This document shows, one piece after another, positions 18,037 to 29,132 of a stretch of 64,000 bases of DNA. The DNA lies in the NCBI GenBank assembly GCA_963758525.1, contig CAVWVQ010000003.1, positions 1,696,001 to 1,760,000 on the forward strand. The letters run 5' to 3'. The notes under the pieces are model-generated. The model saw only the letters and a program-made list of their open reading frames with translations, had not been told where the DNA came from and made no database searches. This DNA comes from an uncultured Phycisphaerales bacterium (GTDB lineage: Bacteria; Planctomycetota; Phycisphaerae; Tepidisphaerales; Tepidisphaeraceae). Within the stretch, counting starts at the first letter, position 1; the number at the start of each line of letters is the position of its first letter. The position numbers and the translations under genes were made by a program.

Positions 18037-19574
18037 TCAGCTCGCCGCGCCGAGCGAACGCGACATCTTCACGAGCAACGCGAAGAGAATAAACGCGATA
18101 AGCATGGGCCACAGGTCGAGGAAATAGAAATTCCGGAACGTGCGGAAAATCCAGACGCTCAGGGAAAGGCTCAGGAGAATGGTAGTGGGCCGGCCTTGCG
18201 CCTTCTGGAGAACGCGCTCGAACAATCTCATCAGCCAACCCACCAGCATCCCCCCTTCGATCACGCCCATCAATCCGTAGCGGACGTACCAGTGCCCGGC
18301 CAGCCCCTGTGAGATGGTGGTGCCTTCCAGGCCGTTGGTACCCGCGACTACCTGGTTGTACCAGACCATCGCCGGATCCGACGGCTTGGTTTTCCACAGC
18401 GCCCGCGGAATCGGATGCAGCAGGAACCAGAGCAGTGTCTCAGGCATCACCCGCACAGCACCTTCCCCCGGGATTCGGTTCGAGAAGAACCCGACCTTGT
18501 CGGGAACCAGGTAAAATCCCGGCAACCCCTCGGAGAACATCGCGTTGCCGTTGTTGGAGAAGAGCTGGAGGTCGTGAACGTCGACCGCGGCATATCCCTG
18601 CGTTCGGTACGACCCTTCAAACTGGACCACCAGCAGCAGCACCAGCCCGATGAATCCCGCGACAACATACGCGAGGAGACTGTGCGGGCGAAAATTCTCC
18701 ACGGCGCTGGCCTGATACTTGATGAACACGATCGCCACCGCGGGCAGCAGCATCTTCACCATGTTTCCGCGCCGGCCGTCTTCAAATGTGTAAATTGTCC
18801 AGAAGATCCAGATCAGCGCGCCGATGCACTGCTTGCCTCTGGTTCGTCCAACCAGAAGAGCGTAGAAAATTCCGAACAGCCCGCTGACCGTGCCGATCTC
18901 CAGAAGCTGCGTAACGTATCCGCCCCAACTGTAGTTGTAGTTGCCGGTGCGCCCTCGGTCCAGCGGGGATGGCCGACCCATTGGCTGAACAATCCGCGGT
19001 AGACCGAGACGAAGAATGACTCGGAGGTAAAGAAAGCGAAGGCAGAGAGTCCCACGGCAAAGAGGGCGAGTGTGATCCAAAAGTAGAGATCCGGATCAGC
19101 CGGCTCTGGAAGCGAGAGCAGCAGCCGCTCGACCCGATGGCCCCAGGGCAGCAACAGGCCGATCGTCATCGAAATCGCCAGCAGGCAATGATAAAACGCC
19201 GACTTGGCAACAGTTTCCGCCGGAAATGGAGTCGTTGACGCCCGGAAATCCCTGCCGAGCCAGTTGCTCAGATAATCCTGACAGAACCAGACGAGGATTC
19301 CGCCGAACAGCAGAATCCCGCCGGTACCGAAACGGCGTGGGAAGCGTTGCAGCTCGTTGATGAACAGCACCGCGCAGATAAGCGACAGGAGGACAAACCC
19401 AACATCGGTGAGAATCGGGATTCCGCCGCCCACCCACGAAATCCCGCAGATCAGCAGCGGCAGCGCGAATGGAACCGGAAGATAAACTGAGCGCGGCAGA
19501 TAACCCGCCATCGGCTCGGCCAGAGCGGCTTCGGGATGCTGCTCGTAGGTGACGCCGCCGGCAAATTCCATCAA
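18037..19574 (-). CDS. Wzy-like polysaccharide polymerase / polytopic membrane protein (frameshift ~18960)
   Basis: Many TM segments, G.RG, PIPRALWKTKP periplasmic-loop motif, YG.MG. Confidence 0.65.
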
Positions 19575-19607
19575 TTCTCCAAACGCTCTGCGGCGTCTTG
19601 CCTGATA

Positions 19608-20889
19608 CTACGTGACCGGAACGCAATCTGTCTCGACTGGTACGCGATGCATCCAATGCTGGATCGCGTTTTCCAGATGCTCCGCCTGCTCGCGAAGTCC
19701 GAATTGTTGCGCCTTTCGCGGAGCGGCCAGCGACATGGCCCGCACCAATTCGCGATCGCGATGCAGCGTCAGGATCGCATCGGCCAATCCCCGGGAATCG
19801 GAAGCAGGGACGATCAGTCCATCAACCGAGTGCGTCACCACCTCGCCGCAGTTGGGCGTGGTAATCACCGGCAGGCCGAAGCTCATCGCCTCAAGCTGCG
19901 TGATGGCAAATCCGTCGGAGATCGTCGGCAGCACAAAGATGTCCGCCTCGCGGTAGAGGTCGCAAGTCTGCCGCCCGGCTGATGCGCCCGCGAAAAGAAA
20001 CGCTCGATGGCGCCGACGCAACCGCGTCGGCTGAAATAGCCAGCGGCCCCGCCACGATAAACTCAATCTGCTCGCCGGCCAGCAGTTTGGCCGCTTCGAT
20101 CAGATACTGAATTCCCTTGCGAAGGTTGACCGTTCCCACCCAAAGCACGCGCAGGGCCGCGCCCGGCTCGCGCTTGACGGCCGTGCCGGCCGCCAACGGA
20201 GGCTCGTATCCGACCGGCGCGACGATCAGCTTCGCCGGGTCGACTCCGCATTCCCGCAGGGCTGCGCCCGACCACCGCGAGTTGACGACGATCAGGTCGG
20301 CCAACTTCCATTCCCGGGCGATTCGCTCAAAATAATCGTCCGGAACTCTCCCCGGAGTCTCCTGCCAGCCCGGCCATTTGAGTGCCTCGCGCCGGACGAT
20401 TCTCTCTTCCGCCGGCCCCGGATCGATCTGATCGACGATTGTAAGAACGTCGCGGCTGCGCAGATATTCGATCGTCTCCAGTGAAGCGGTGTTAAAGCCA
20501 TGGAATGCGTCGAGGCCCGGCACGAAAGAACTTTTCTCCATCTCCGCGTTGACACGCTCACAGAACCACTCCCCCGCCTGCATGAATTGGAAGTAAGCTT
20601 CCTCTAGCGTGCGTGCGCGCCGGCCCCGGGCCGCATGCCATAGGCCGCTGGAATTGAAGGAGACAATCTTGTGCGATGGAATTCCGCAGTGATATCTCCC
20701 AGCCCAGCTCCGCGCCGCGAGCGGTCCGTGCGCCAGCAGGCTTCTTCCGTGGCGGCACCAGATGTCGGTGTAAAATCGGCGCAGATTTCCGTTGCTCTCA
20801 AAGCCGCGCGGAATCCCATAATGCTGGCGGGCGCCGATCTGTGAGACGGTCCAACGGAGCGCAGCCACGAGGTCAATCCTTGCTGTCAA
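19608..20889 (-). CDS. Glycosyltransferase family 4 (frameshift ~19970)
   Basis: VGTVNLRKG, ADIFVLPTISDGFAITQLEAMSFGLPVI. Confidence 0.88.
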
Positions 20890-21694
20890 TGAGTGCCGGT
20901 CCGCGATCCGTCATGCCCGTTGGCGGCTCCGTTCCGGGAAGCAAAACGCTGCGCGCTTCCGACAGGGTCACCTGCACGCTTGGCGCTCCGCCGGCGGCAA
21001 ACACCTCCAGCGACACCACGGCTTCGACGATCTGCCCGTCGAGGCGCACGAATCGCAGCCGGGAAGGCGACCGCGTCAGACCCGGACGCAGATCCGCAAG
21101 CCAGAGTTTAACCAGTTCCCGGTCGTCGGGATGCACGAAGTCAACCAGCGGTTCGTTCAAGAGGCCCTGCCGCCGGATCGGGCCCAGCAGCGCAACCATC
21201 GAGGTGTTGAGCACCCGGATAACTCCATCTTTCAACACCAGAATCGGCTCGACAGACTGGTAAATCACCGTCAGATATCGGCTCTCACTGAGCGCCAATT
21301 CGTTCGCGGCGGCACGCATCTGAAGACGATGGGCGCGCTCACTGAGCAAACTGATCAAAATCCCCAATCCGGAAAAAGAGATCAGGCGAACCTGGTCGAC
21401 ATAGTTGGACACATGCAACGACCACGTTGGCGGAACGACCAGCGCCGTAAACAGCACGGCAAGCCCTGTTGCGAGCAGCCCCGGACCGATGCCGCCGACA
21501 TACGCAGCGAAGAATACCGCAAAGGGCATCCCAATCAGTGGCAAATCTTTGCCGACGCGAGTCGCCATCTCCCGTACGGCCCACCCTAACACGACAAACA
21601 GGACTGCCAGAAGATATCGCACCGGCACCGAACGCCGCTTCGGCTGAAGCGGATCAGATTCCCAAATCATTGATGACACCATCGACAGCTTCAT
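20873..21694 (-). CDS. DUF4118-like membrane sensor + PAS domain, no output domain
   Basis: Four TMs with GGIGPGLLA motif; PAS FVHPDDR...RLDG. Confidence 0.7.
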   Translation of the reverse strand: MKLSMVSSMIWESDPLQPKRRSVPVRYLLAVLFVVLGWAVREMATRVGKDLPLIGMPFAVFFAAYVGGIGPGLLATGLAVLFTALVVPPTWSLHVSNYVDQVRLISFSGLGILISLLSERAHRLQMRAAANELALSESRYLTVIYQSVEPILVLKDGVIRVLNTSMVALLGPIRRQGLLNEPLVDFVHPDDRELVKLWLADLRPGLTRSPSRLRFVRLDGQIVEAVVSLEVFAAGGAPSVQVTLSEARSVLLPGTEPPTGMTDRGPALIDSKD

Positions 21695-21770
21695 TCTACC
21701 CCCTGCCGCATCATAGCAAATTGAAGGGTCCGTCAATGCAGGTTCTTCCCGAGGCTGATAAGATACGAGA

Positions 21771-22919
21771 TTGTTGCCTCCTCTCGCGATCACCCATTTT
21801 ATTCCTGCCGTCCGCCTTGCCGACGGCGGCGTCGTCCGCGCGGTGCTGGACTGGTGCAGGCTGACGGCCGGGCGAGGGCATCGGGTCAGTCTTCTCACCT
21901 ACGATGCCACCGACGCCCCCGTTGGATGGCAATCCGGGCGTCAGACCGGTTTACCGCAGCTCCTTACGCTTCCGCGAGCTAATCGGCTCGGCCGGCTCCC
22001 TTCAACCGCTTTGCGGGCCGCGCACGTTGCCCTCGAACAAACGGAGGTTCTGCATCTGCACGGCCTGTGGCTGCCGTGCAACCTTCAGCTTGCGGCGCTC
22101 GCCCGCAAGGCGGGCAAACCCTTTGTCCTGACCACCCACGGCATGCTCGATGACTGGGCCACGGCCCAGCACTGGCTCAAAAAGCGCGCCTTTCATTCGA
22201 TCTTTGGAGAACGCTTCCTTCGCCAGGCATCCCTGATTCACTGCATGGCCGAAGAGGAAAAACGCCAGGCGTTGCCCTGGATCGGCGATGCACCCGTTGC
22301 CGTTGTGCCCTGCCTGGTCGATCTTGAACCCTATCGCGATCTTGCCCAGCCTCCCCCATCGCCAAAGACGGCAACCTCGACTCTGTTGTTCCTCGGCCGC
22401 CTGCACCTCAAGAAAGGGTGCGACCTTCTGATCGAGGCGGCAGCCGAGTTGCGCCGGCGAGGACAACCGGTGCATCTGCTGATTGCCGGCCAGGGCGAAG
22501 CGTCCTACGAAGCGAGTCTCAGGGACTTGACCCGCCGGCTTGGTCTGCAGGACTGCGTCGATTTTTTGGGCTTGGTGACCGGCCCGGCAAAGCTTTCGCT
22601 CTTCCAGTCGGCCGATTTGTTCGTCCTTCCCACCAGCCAGGAGAACTTCGGCCTCGCCCTGATCGAAGCCGCCGCCTGCGGCACGCCGCTTTTAACAACC
22701 AAGGGCGTGGACATCTGGCGCGAGCTCGAACTTGCCGGGGCGGCAATTGCCGAGCGATCCGCCAGCGCCTTCGCAGACGCGATCGAGCGGCTTCTGCTCG
22801 ACCGCCCGCAACTGCAGGCCAAGGGCCTTTCCGCGCGGGACTGGGTCTTCAGCAGGCTCGACCCGGATCGGCTGCTCGCGGAGTACGAAGCGTTTTACGA
22901 ATCGGTCATCTGCCGTTAA
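21771..22919 (+). CDS. Glycosyltransferase family 4
   Basis: HLHGLW, HGML, LGRLHLKKG, ENFGLALIEAAACG. Confidence 0.9.
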   Translation: MLPPLAITHFIPAVRLADGGVVRAVLDWCRLTAGRGHRVSLLTYDATDAPVGWQSGRQTGLPQLLTLPRANRLGRLPSTALRAAHVALEQTEVLHLHGLWLPCNLQLAALARKAGKPFVLTTHGMLDDWATAQHWLKKRAFHSIFGERFLRQASLIHCMAEEEKRQALPWIGDAPVAVVPCLVDLEPYRDLAQPPPSPKTATSTLLFLGRLHLKKGCDLLIEAAAELRRRGQPVHLLIAGQGEASYEASLRDLTRRLGLQDCVDFLGLVTGPAKLSLFQSADLFVLPTSQENFGLALIEAAACGTPLLTTKGVDIWRELELAGAAIAERSASAFADAIERLLLDRPQLQAKGLSARDWVFSRLDPDRLLAEYEAFYESVICR

Positions 22920-22950
22920 TCCCTCACCGGGGTCGGACAGGGCTCAGGGT

Positions 22951-24207
22951 TCAACTCACGGCTTGCCGAAATAGCTGCAGCATTGCGGCGGCGTTGCCGT
23001 CCCAGGTCAATTGCTCGGCCACCAGTGCCTGGGCGGCAGCTCCCATGCGCAGGCGTGCTGCATCGTCGGAAAGAATTGCGTCCAGCGCCTCCTCGGCGGC
23101 GTCGACCGATTTGGGCACGATTGCACGTCCGTGCACCCCGTCTCGGACGACATCCGTAATCCCGCCGTCATTGGCGCAGATGATCGGCTTGCCCGCGCTC
23201 ATCGCTTCAACAAACACCGTGGCAAACGGCTCATCCCATCCGATCAGCGCAAACGCGTCGGACCATACCATCTCCTGCAACACCACATCGTGCGCCACTT
23301 TTCCCAGCAACTGCACCCGCTCCTGGAGATTGGCGGCGCGGATCGCCGCCTCGATCAGGCTCCGCTGCGCACCGTCACCGGCGATTCGCAGCACCGCATC
23401 GGGGTTCCGACCGGCAATCCTCCCGAAGGCTTCCACCAGCAGCGGGATGCCTTTGCGCTCATAGAACATGCCGGCGCTGAAGATGATCTTGCGGCCGACG
23501 AGTTTTGCCGGCCGAGGTGTATCCCAGCAGGCGCGTGGAATCGGATCGACGCCGTTGTGAATCGTGCACGCCCGCACCCCCGGAAAAATCCGCCGCATAT
23601 CCCCTTCCATGCGCCGCGACACCGCCACGACCGCGGAAGCATGACGATAGACTTCGTCAAAGAGCGCCTTGCGGGCGGGGAATTGGTCGCAGTAAGTGAT
23701 TTCCTGAAAATCGTGGTCGGTGACGACATAGGGAATGCCAAATTCCCGCTGCAGTTGTCGCGCGACAAAGCCATTGACTGCCGTATGGTGGGCAAAAATC
23801 ACGTCGGGCCGGCTCCGCGACAATCGCGTCGCGCAGGGCGCCGGCGGCGCTGTGCCAACCCAGGCTCAACTGCCGCGACGGAGCTGGAAACGCCCACTGT
23901 TTGAAAGGAGGAATGGGATAGAGAAGCCAGCGCGGATAGGCAACCTCCAGATCCCCGAAACGGTGTTCGGCAGGCGTATAAGCGTACGCCCGCGCCCGGG
24001 CGTGCGCGCCAGCGCCTTTGGCACCCATGGCGTGAGTGACACGACGCGAAAATCGGGAATGTGGCGTCGCAACGCCTGCGCCTGTGCCAGCGCCCAGGGC
24101 CCCAGCAGCATGTTCAGCGGACGCGGAAAGAACGTCGCCAGAAAAAGGACGCGCGGAACAGTTCCGCGCTCGCCTGATTGCGAATTCCGTTTGATCGCTC
24201 CATCCAT
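22951..24207 (-). CDS. Glycosyltransferase family 4 (two frameshifts)
   Basis: VLFLATFFP N-terminus; RKG, EPFATVFVEAMSAGKP. Confidence 0.85.
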
Positions 24208-24314
24208 GAAATGCGTTCTCTTCTGACAATTGTCCAAACAGAACCCGACCTTGCAACGTAAAGTTGACAACGTCGCCCCGCAGACCGTGTACGTTCTAGA
24301 TACCGCTAACGCCC

Positions 24315-26792
24315 TTGGAGCAACGTCCTTTGATCAGTAGCGCGCAGACACATTCGCTCATTGCGGCCTTCCTGCTGCTGGCCGTCTCGCATGCGCCGGC
24401 GGCGCAACCGGTTGACGATTTCCATCATTCCATTGAGCCGATCCTTTCGCACTACTGCTACGACTGCCACGGCGACGGCGAGCACAAGGGCGGCGTGACG
24501 CTCGATGGCCTGAGCTCGGACGACGCGTTGCTCAACAACCGCGATTTCTGGTGGCGCATCCTGAAAAATGTGCGCGCGGGCATCATGCCGCCTCAGAAAA
24601 GCGATCGGCCTTCGGAAGAGGAGAAGGGCCGGCTGGCAGATTGGATCAAGCACGGAGCTTTCGGCATCAACCCGCTGTCACCCGATCCTGGCCGCGTCAC
24701 GATCCGCCGGCTCAATCGCGTGGAGTACCGACACACGATCTCGGACCTGCTGGGCGTCGATTTCAACACCACCGAGGAATTTCCTCCTGATGACACCGGC
24801 TACGGCTTTGACACCATCGGCGACGCCTTGAGCGTTTCGCCGCTTCTGCTCGAAAAATACATGCAGGCCGCGCAGACGGTTGTCGCTCAGGGCGTGCCCG
24901 CTTCCGCGCGCAAACCGCAGGAACAGACAATCTGGAGCGACGCTTTCCACAGCAGCGACCGGTCGATCAACGGCGGCCATTTGAGTTTCGCCGATGAGGC
25001 CGCGGTTTCGGCCAGCTTCACCGTCACGCAACCCGGGGATTATCTGCTCCATCTGCACGTGCATGTCAACGGGGAGTTCGATTTCGATCCCGGCAAATGC
25101 AGATTGGTTTTCAAGTCGGGCGAAAAAGAACTTTGGCAGCAGGAGCTCGCCTGGGCGGAGGGGAAGAACATCACCGCCACCCTTGCCCAACAATGGCAGC
25201 CGGGCGATCACTCGCTGAGCTTTGAGTTGCATCCGCTTGCGTCTCCAGACAACAAGCGCTCCAACATTCACCTTCGGATTGAGTCCGTGCAGATCGAAGG
25301 GCCGTTGGACGAGAAGTTCTGGGTACCCGCCGAGAGCTATCACCGGTTCTTCCCGCGGGACGAGGCGCCGGCCTCCGAGCCGCAGCGAGAACAGTATGCA
25401 CGCGAGGTGCTGGACGCCTTCACGCGCAAGGCCTTCCGTCGTCCGGCCAGCGCGGAGGTTTTGGATCGGCTCGTCGAGATCGCGCAGCGCGTGTACCGCC
25501 AGCCGGGCAAAACATTTGAGCAGGGAGTTGCCGAAGCGATGACCGCCGTGCTGGCGTCGCCGCGATTTTTGTTTCGCGTCGAAGAAAGCGCCATGAGAAA
25601 TGCCGGCGAACCTTACTCGCCGGTGGACGAATACTCGCTCGCCTCCCGGCTCTCGTATTTTCTCTGGTCCAGCATGCCGGACGAGCAGCTGTTTGACCTC
25701 GCTTCGCGCGGCGAGCTGCGGAAGAACCTGCACGCGCAGGTCGATCGCATGATCCGCGACCCTCGGTCCGAGGCGCTGGTGCACAATTTCGCCGGCCAAT
25801 GGCTGCAATTGCGCGACGTCGACAGCGTGCCCATCAATGCCCGGATCGTGCTTGCCCGGGACGCAATGAGCAGCGCTGCCGGCAATGACCCCCAATTCAA
25901 CGGAAACGCGCGACTGGGGAAGCCGAGGATCAGGCTCGAGCCCCCGTTGCGCCAGGCGCTGCGGGAAGAGCCCGAGCGCATGTTTTCCCGCATTCTGCAC
26001 GAGAATCGGCCGTTAGTGGAACTGATTGACTGCAATTACACGTTTCTCAACGAGCGGCTCGCCAAGCTGTATAACATTCCTGATGTCGCCGGTGATGAGA
26101 TGCGCCTCGTAGAGCTTCCCGCGGATAGTCCCCGCGGAGGCGTATTGACGATGGGTTCGTTCCTGATCGTCACGTCCAACCCGACCCGCACGTCTCCAGT
26201 CAAACGCGGACAATTCATCCTCGACAATATTCTGGGCATGCCGACCCCTGCTCCGCCGCCGAACATTCCCGCGCTCGAGCAATCCGAGCAGGCCATCAAT
26301 GGTCGCCAGCCGACCTTCCGTGAAGTGCTGCAGATGCATCGCAGCAAGCCGCTCTGTGCCTCGTGCCATTCGCGGATGGACCCGATCGGTCTCTCGCTGG
26401 AAAACTTCAACGCGATGGGAATGTGGCGGGAGCATGAGCGCGGCCAGCCGATCGACGCGTCGGGTCAATTGACCACCGGCGAATCGTTCCACGATATCCG
26501 GGATCTGAAGAAAATCGTGGAAAACAATCACCGGACGGACTTCTACCGCTGCCTCACGGAAAAAATGTTGACTTATGCGCTGGGACGCGGGCTGGAATAC
26601 TACGATGTCGAGGCCGTTGACCGGATCGTGGACAAGATCGTGCGCGCCAACGGCCAGTCGTCGGCGTTGCTGGCCGGCATCATTGATTCGGTGCCGTTCC
26701 AGGAAAGACGCAATCATCCGGCCACCGACGCCACGGCCACGCAGCCGGCCGTCGCAACAGAGCCGCGGGTGCAATTAGAGGTGCGACCATGA
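24315..26792 (+). CDS. Planctomycete cytochrome c / DUF1592-DUF1588 protein
   Basis: Signal peptide, CYDCH, RRLNRVEY, LSYFLWSSMPD, TSPVKRG, CASCH. Confidence 0.92.
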   Translation: MEQRPLISSAQTHSLIAAFLLLAVSHAPAAQPVDDFHHSIEPILSHYCYDCHGDGEHKGGVTLDGLSSDDALLNNRDFWWRILKNVRAGIMPPQKSDRPSEEEKGRLADWIKHGAFGINPLSPDPGRVTIRRLNRVEYRHTISDLLGVDFNTTEEFPPDDTGYGFDTIGDALSVSPLLLEKYMQAAQTVVAQGVPASARKPQEQTIWSDAFHSSDRSINGGHLSFADEAAVSASFTVTQPGDYLLHLHVHVNGEFDFDPGKCRLVFKSGEKELWQQELAWAEGKNITATLAQQWQPGDHSLSFELHPLASPDNKRSNIHLRIESVQIEGPLDEKFWVPAESYHRFFPRDEAPASEPQREQYAREVLDAFTRKAFRRPASAEVLDRLVEIAQRVYRQPGKTFEQGVAEAMTAVLASPRFLFRVEESAMRNAGEPYSPVDEYSLASRLSYFLWSSMPDEQLFDLASRGELRKNLHAQVDRMIRDPRSEALVHNFAGQWLQLRDVDSVPINARIVLARDAMSSAAGNDPQFNGNARLGKPRIRLEPPLRQALREEPERMFSRILHENRPLVELIDCNYTFLNERLAKLYNIPDVAGDEMRLVELPADSPRGGVLTMGSFLIVTSNPTRTSPVKRGQFILDNILGMPTPAPPPNIPALEQSEQAINGRQPTFREVLQMHRSKPLCASCHSRMDPIGLSLENFNAMGMWREHERGQPIDASGQLTTGESFHDIRDLKKIVENNHRTDFYRCLTEKMLTYALGRGLEYYDVEAVDRIVDKIVRANGQSSALLAGIIDSVPFQERRNHPATDATATQPAVATEPRVQLEVRP

Positions 26793-28198
26793 ATCGTGAG
26801 TCGATAACGAAACCAAGACAGCACATCCAACGCCGCCCAGACTTGACCCGGCGGCGGTTTCTTCAGGGAGTTGGCGCGTGCATCGCGCTGCCTGCGTTTG
26901 AGTCGTTGATCCCTCGCGCCGGCGCCGCGGCCGCCGCTGCGCCGGCGCCGGCGGGACTTGCGACGACCGCCACCGGGGCGCCGCTGCGAATGGGCGTCGT
27001 CTACTTTCCCAACGGCGCCATCCCCGCCAAATGGCGGCCCGCGGGAGAAGGCGCGCTGGAGCTGGCCCCGACGATGCAGCCGCTGGAGCAATTGAAGAAC
27101 CAACTGCAGGTCTTTGAAGGATTGGATCAGGTCAATGCCCTCGCCGGCCCCGACGGAGCGGGAGATCATGCCCGGGCCAGCGGCACCTTCCTCACCAGCG
27201 TCCGCGTGAAGAAGACCGCCGGCGCCGATATTCACGCCGGCGTCTCCATCGATCAGGTCATCGCCAATCATGTCGGGCAAGCCACCCGATTTCCCTCGCT
27301 CGAGCTCACCTGCGATGCCGTCCGAAAGTCCGGCAACTGCGACTCGGGTTATTCCTGCGCCTACCAGTACAACCTCTCCTGGCAGTCGCCGACCACTCCT
27401 GTCTCTCCCGAATGCAACCCGCGCCTCGTCTTTGAACGCCTCTTCGGATCGGGCGGCCCGGGCGAGCGAAGATCCAACTTCAAGCTTCGCCAGCAGCAGG
27501 AAAAGTCGATCCTCGATTTCATCACCGACGATGCCCAGAGCCTTGACAACCAGCTCGGCAACCGCGACCAGCAAAAGCTCGACGAATATCTCACCGGCGT
27601 ACGCGAAATCGAAAAACGCATCGAAAGCGCCGAACGGCACGGCGACACGATCGATCCCAATGTCCCCACCCCCGACGGCATCCCCGCTCAGTTTCAGGAG
27701 CACATCGGGCTCATGTTCAGCATGATGCACCTGGCTTTTCAGACCGACTCCACCCGCGTCGCGACGTTCCTCATGGCCAACGAAGGGAGCAACCGCGCCT
27801 TCGCCGAGATCGGCATCCCCGAAGGGCATCACTATCTCTCCCATCATCACGGCCAGCAGGACATGATCGACAAGGTCGCCCAGATCGACCTTTTCTACAT
27901 GAAGCAATTTGCCGCGTTCCTCGCCAAGCTGGATCAGACAAAGGACATCGACGGCAATTCCATCCTTCACAACTCGATGATTCTCTACGGCTCGGGCAAC
28001 TCCGACGGCGATCGCCACACCCACACCAACCTCCCGATCATCCTCGCCGGCGCCGCTGGCGGAACGCTCACGCCGGGCCGCTGCGTCAACTTTGGCGGGA
28101 CGCCCATGGCAAACCTCTATCTGAGCCTGGCGGATCGCCTGGGAGTGAACGGACTTTCGCGGTTTGGAGATTCGACAGGAAGGATTTCAGGGATCTGA
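26789..28198 (+). CDS. DUF1552 (HXXSHH) protein, Tat-like leader
   Basis: TRRRFLQG, CDSGYSCAY, HYLSHH; ATGA overlap with upstream gene. Confidence 0.92.
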   Translation: MNRESITKPRQHIQRRPDLTRRRFLQGVGACIALPAFESLIPRAGAAAAAAPAPAGLATTATGAPLRMGVVYFPNGAIPAKWRPAGEGALELAPTMQPLEQLKNQLQVFEGLDQVNALAGPDGAGDHARASGTFLTSVRVKKTAGADIHAGVSIDQVIANHVGQATRFPSLELTCDAVRKSGNCDSGYSCAYQYNLSWQSPTTPVSPECNPRLVFERLFGSGGPGERRSNFKLRQQQEKSILDFITDDAQSLDNQLGNRDQQKLDEYLTGVREIEKRIESAERHGDTIDPNVPTPDGIPAQFQEHIGLMFSMMHLAFQTDSTRVATFLMANEGSNRAFAEIGIPEGHHYLSHHHGQQDMIDKVAQIDLFYMKQFAAFLAKLDQTKDIDGNSILHNSMILYGSGNSDGDRHTHTNLPIILAGAAGGTLTPGRCVNFGGTPMANLYLSLADRLGVNGLSRFGDSTGRISGI

Positions 28199-28294
28199 GA
28201 ACGCGGAACGCTTTCGCGCATCTGAGAACGGGGAACGCGGAACGCTTCCGCATTTCCACGGACCATTGCTCCTAATGCAGCGCAATCCGCCCGG

Positions 28295-28318
28295 AGCCGC
28301 GGATGTACATCCGCGGCT
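28295..28318. repeat. Perfect 24-bp palindrome resembling RAYT REP
   Basis: AGCCGCGGATGTACATCCGCGGCT; shares CGGAT-N4-ATCCG core with REPs at 1170-2023. Confidence 0.6.
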
Positions 28319-28421
28319 TCTTTGCCCCCTCTGCACCTTAAAATCCCCGCTGCATTTTTACACAACTTTTCGCGCGCGCCGCGCGTCCAAAGAACGTTCT
28401 CTCTTCTGACGGGAGTGACGA

Positions 28422-28997
28422 GTGGATGAAACCGACGAGGCGCTGGTTCGCAGGGCGCAACAACGCGACCGGGCCGCATTCGAGAAACTCGTGCGGCGGA
28501 CCGCGCGCCTTCTCTTCTCGCGGCTCTACCTGGAAACCGGCAACGTCCACCGTGCTGAGGACCTCGTGCAGGAGACGCTGCTGGTCGCCTGGAAGTCCAT
28601 CGGACAAGTGACCGATCCGTCGGGCTTCCGTGCCTGGATGATGACGCTGGCAAAAACGGTTGCGATCGACGCCAACCGGCGCGATTGGCGAAAGAAACGC
28701 TTCGGTGTCCGCATGAATCTCCAGGCGGCACAAGACATTCCCGATCGCGCGCCTGGCCCGGAACTGGAAGCCGAGCAGGAGGAATCTCGCCGGCAGGTGC
28801 TGGAGGTGCTGCGCGCGCTGCCGGAGGAGTATCGCCTGCCGCTGACGTTGCGGTACATCGCCGGAGCCGACTACGAAACCATTAGCCGGCAACTGGGCCT
28901 GACCAACGGTTCGCTGCGCGGCCTGCTGAATCGAGGGATGGCCAGGCTCCGCGAGCAGATGCAGGCGCCCAAGCCCGCCGGGAGAGGGCCGGGGTGA
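28422..28997 (+). CDS. ECF sigma-70 factor
   Basis: AEDLVQET, FRAW, LPEEYR, YETISRQLG. Confidence 0.93.
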   Translation: MDETDEALVRRAQQRDRAAFEKLVRRTARLLFSRLYLETGNVHRAEDLVQETLLVAWKSIGQVTDPSGFRAWMMTLAKTVAIDANRRDWRKKRFGVRMNLQAAQDIPDRAPGPELEAEQEESRRQVLEVLRALPEEYRLPLTLRYIAGADYETISRQLGLTNGSLRGLLNRGMARLREQMQAPKPAGRGPG

Positions 28998-29078
28998 GTG
29001 TGATTTCGAACGTCGAATGCATCCGGCGCTCGAAATTACCCTCATCCTCACCGTCTCCCGGAGTACCGGGAGAAGGGA
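28979..29078. repeat. GGGAGAGGG...CCCTCA-type palindromic element
   Basis: GGGAGAGGGCCGGGGTGAG...CTCATCCTCACCGTCTCCCGGAGTACCGGGAGA; contains sigma stop codon. Confidence 0.6.
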
Positions 29079-29132
29079 CCAGAGGCCGTTCACCACTGAT
29101 AAAGGTGACGCTTGCGGAAGAGAGCAAACGCC

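Noticed and set aside
21920..21940. GGATGGCAATCC match to the RAYT REP inside a GT4 gene
   Set aside because: Only a 12-nt core, lacking the flanking arms; likely chance.
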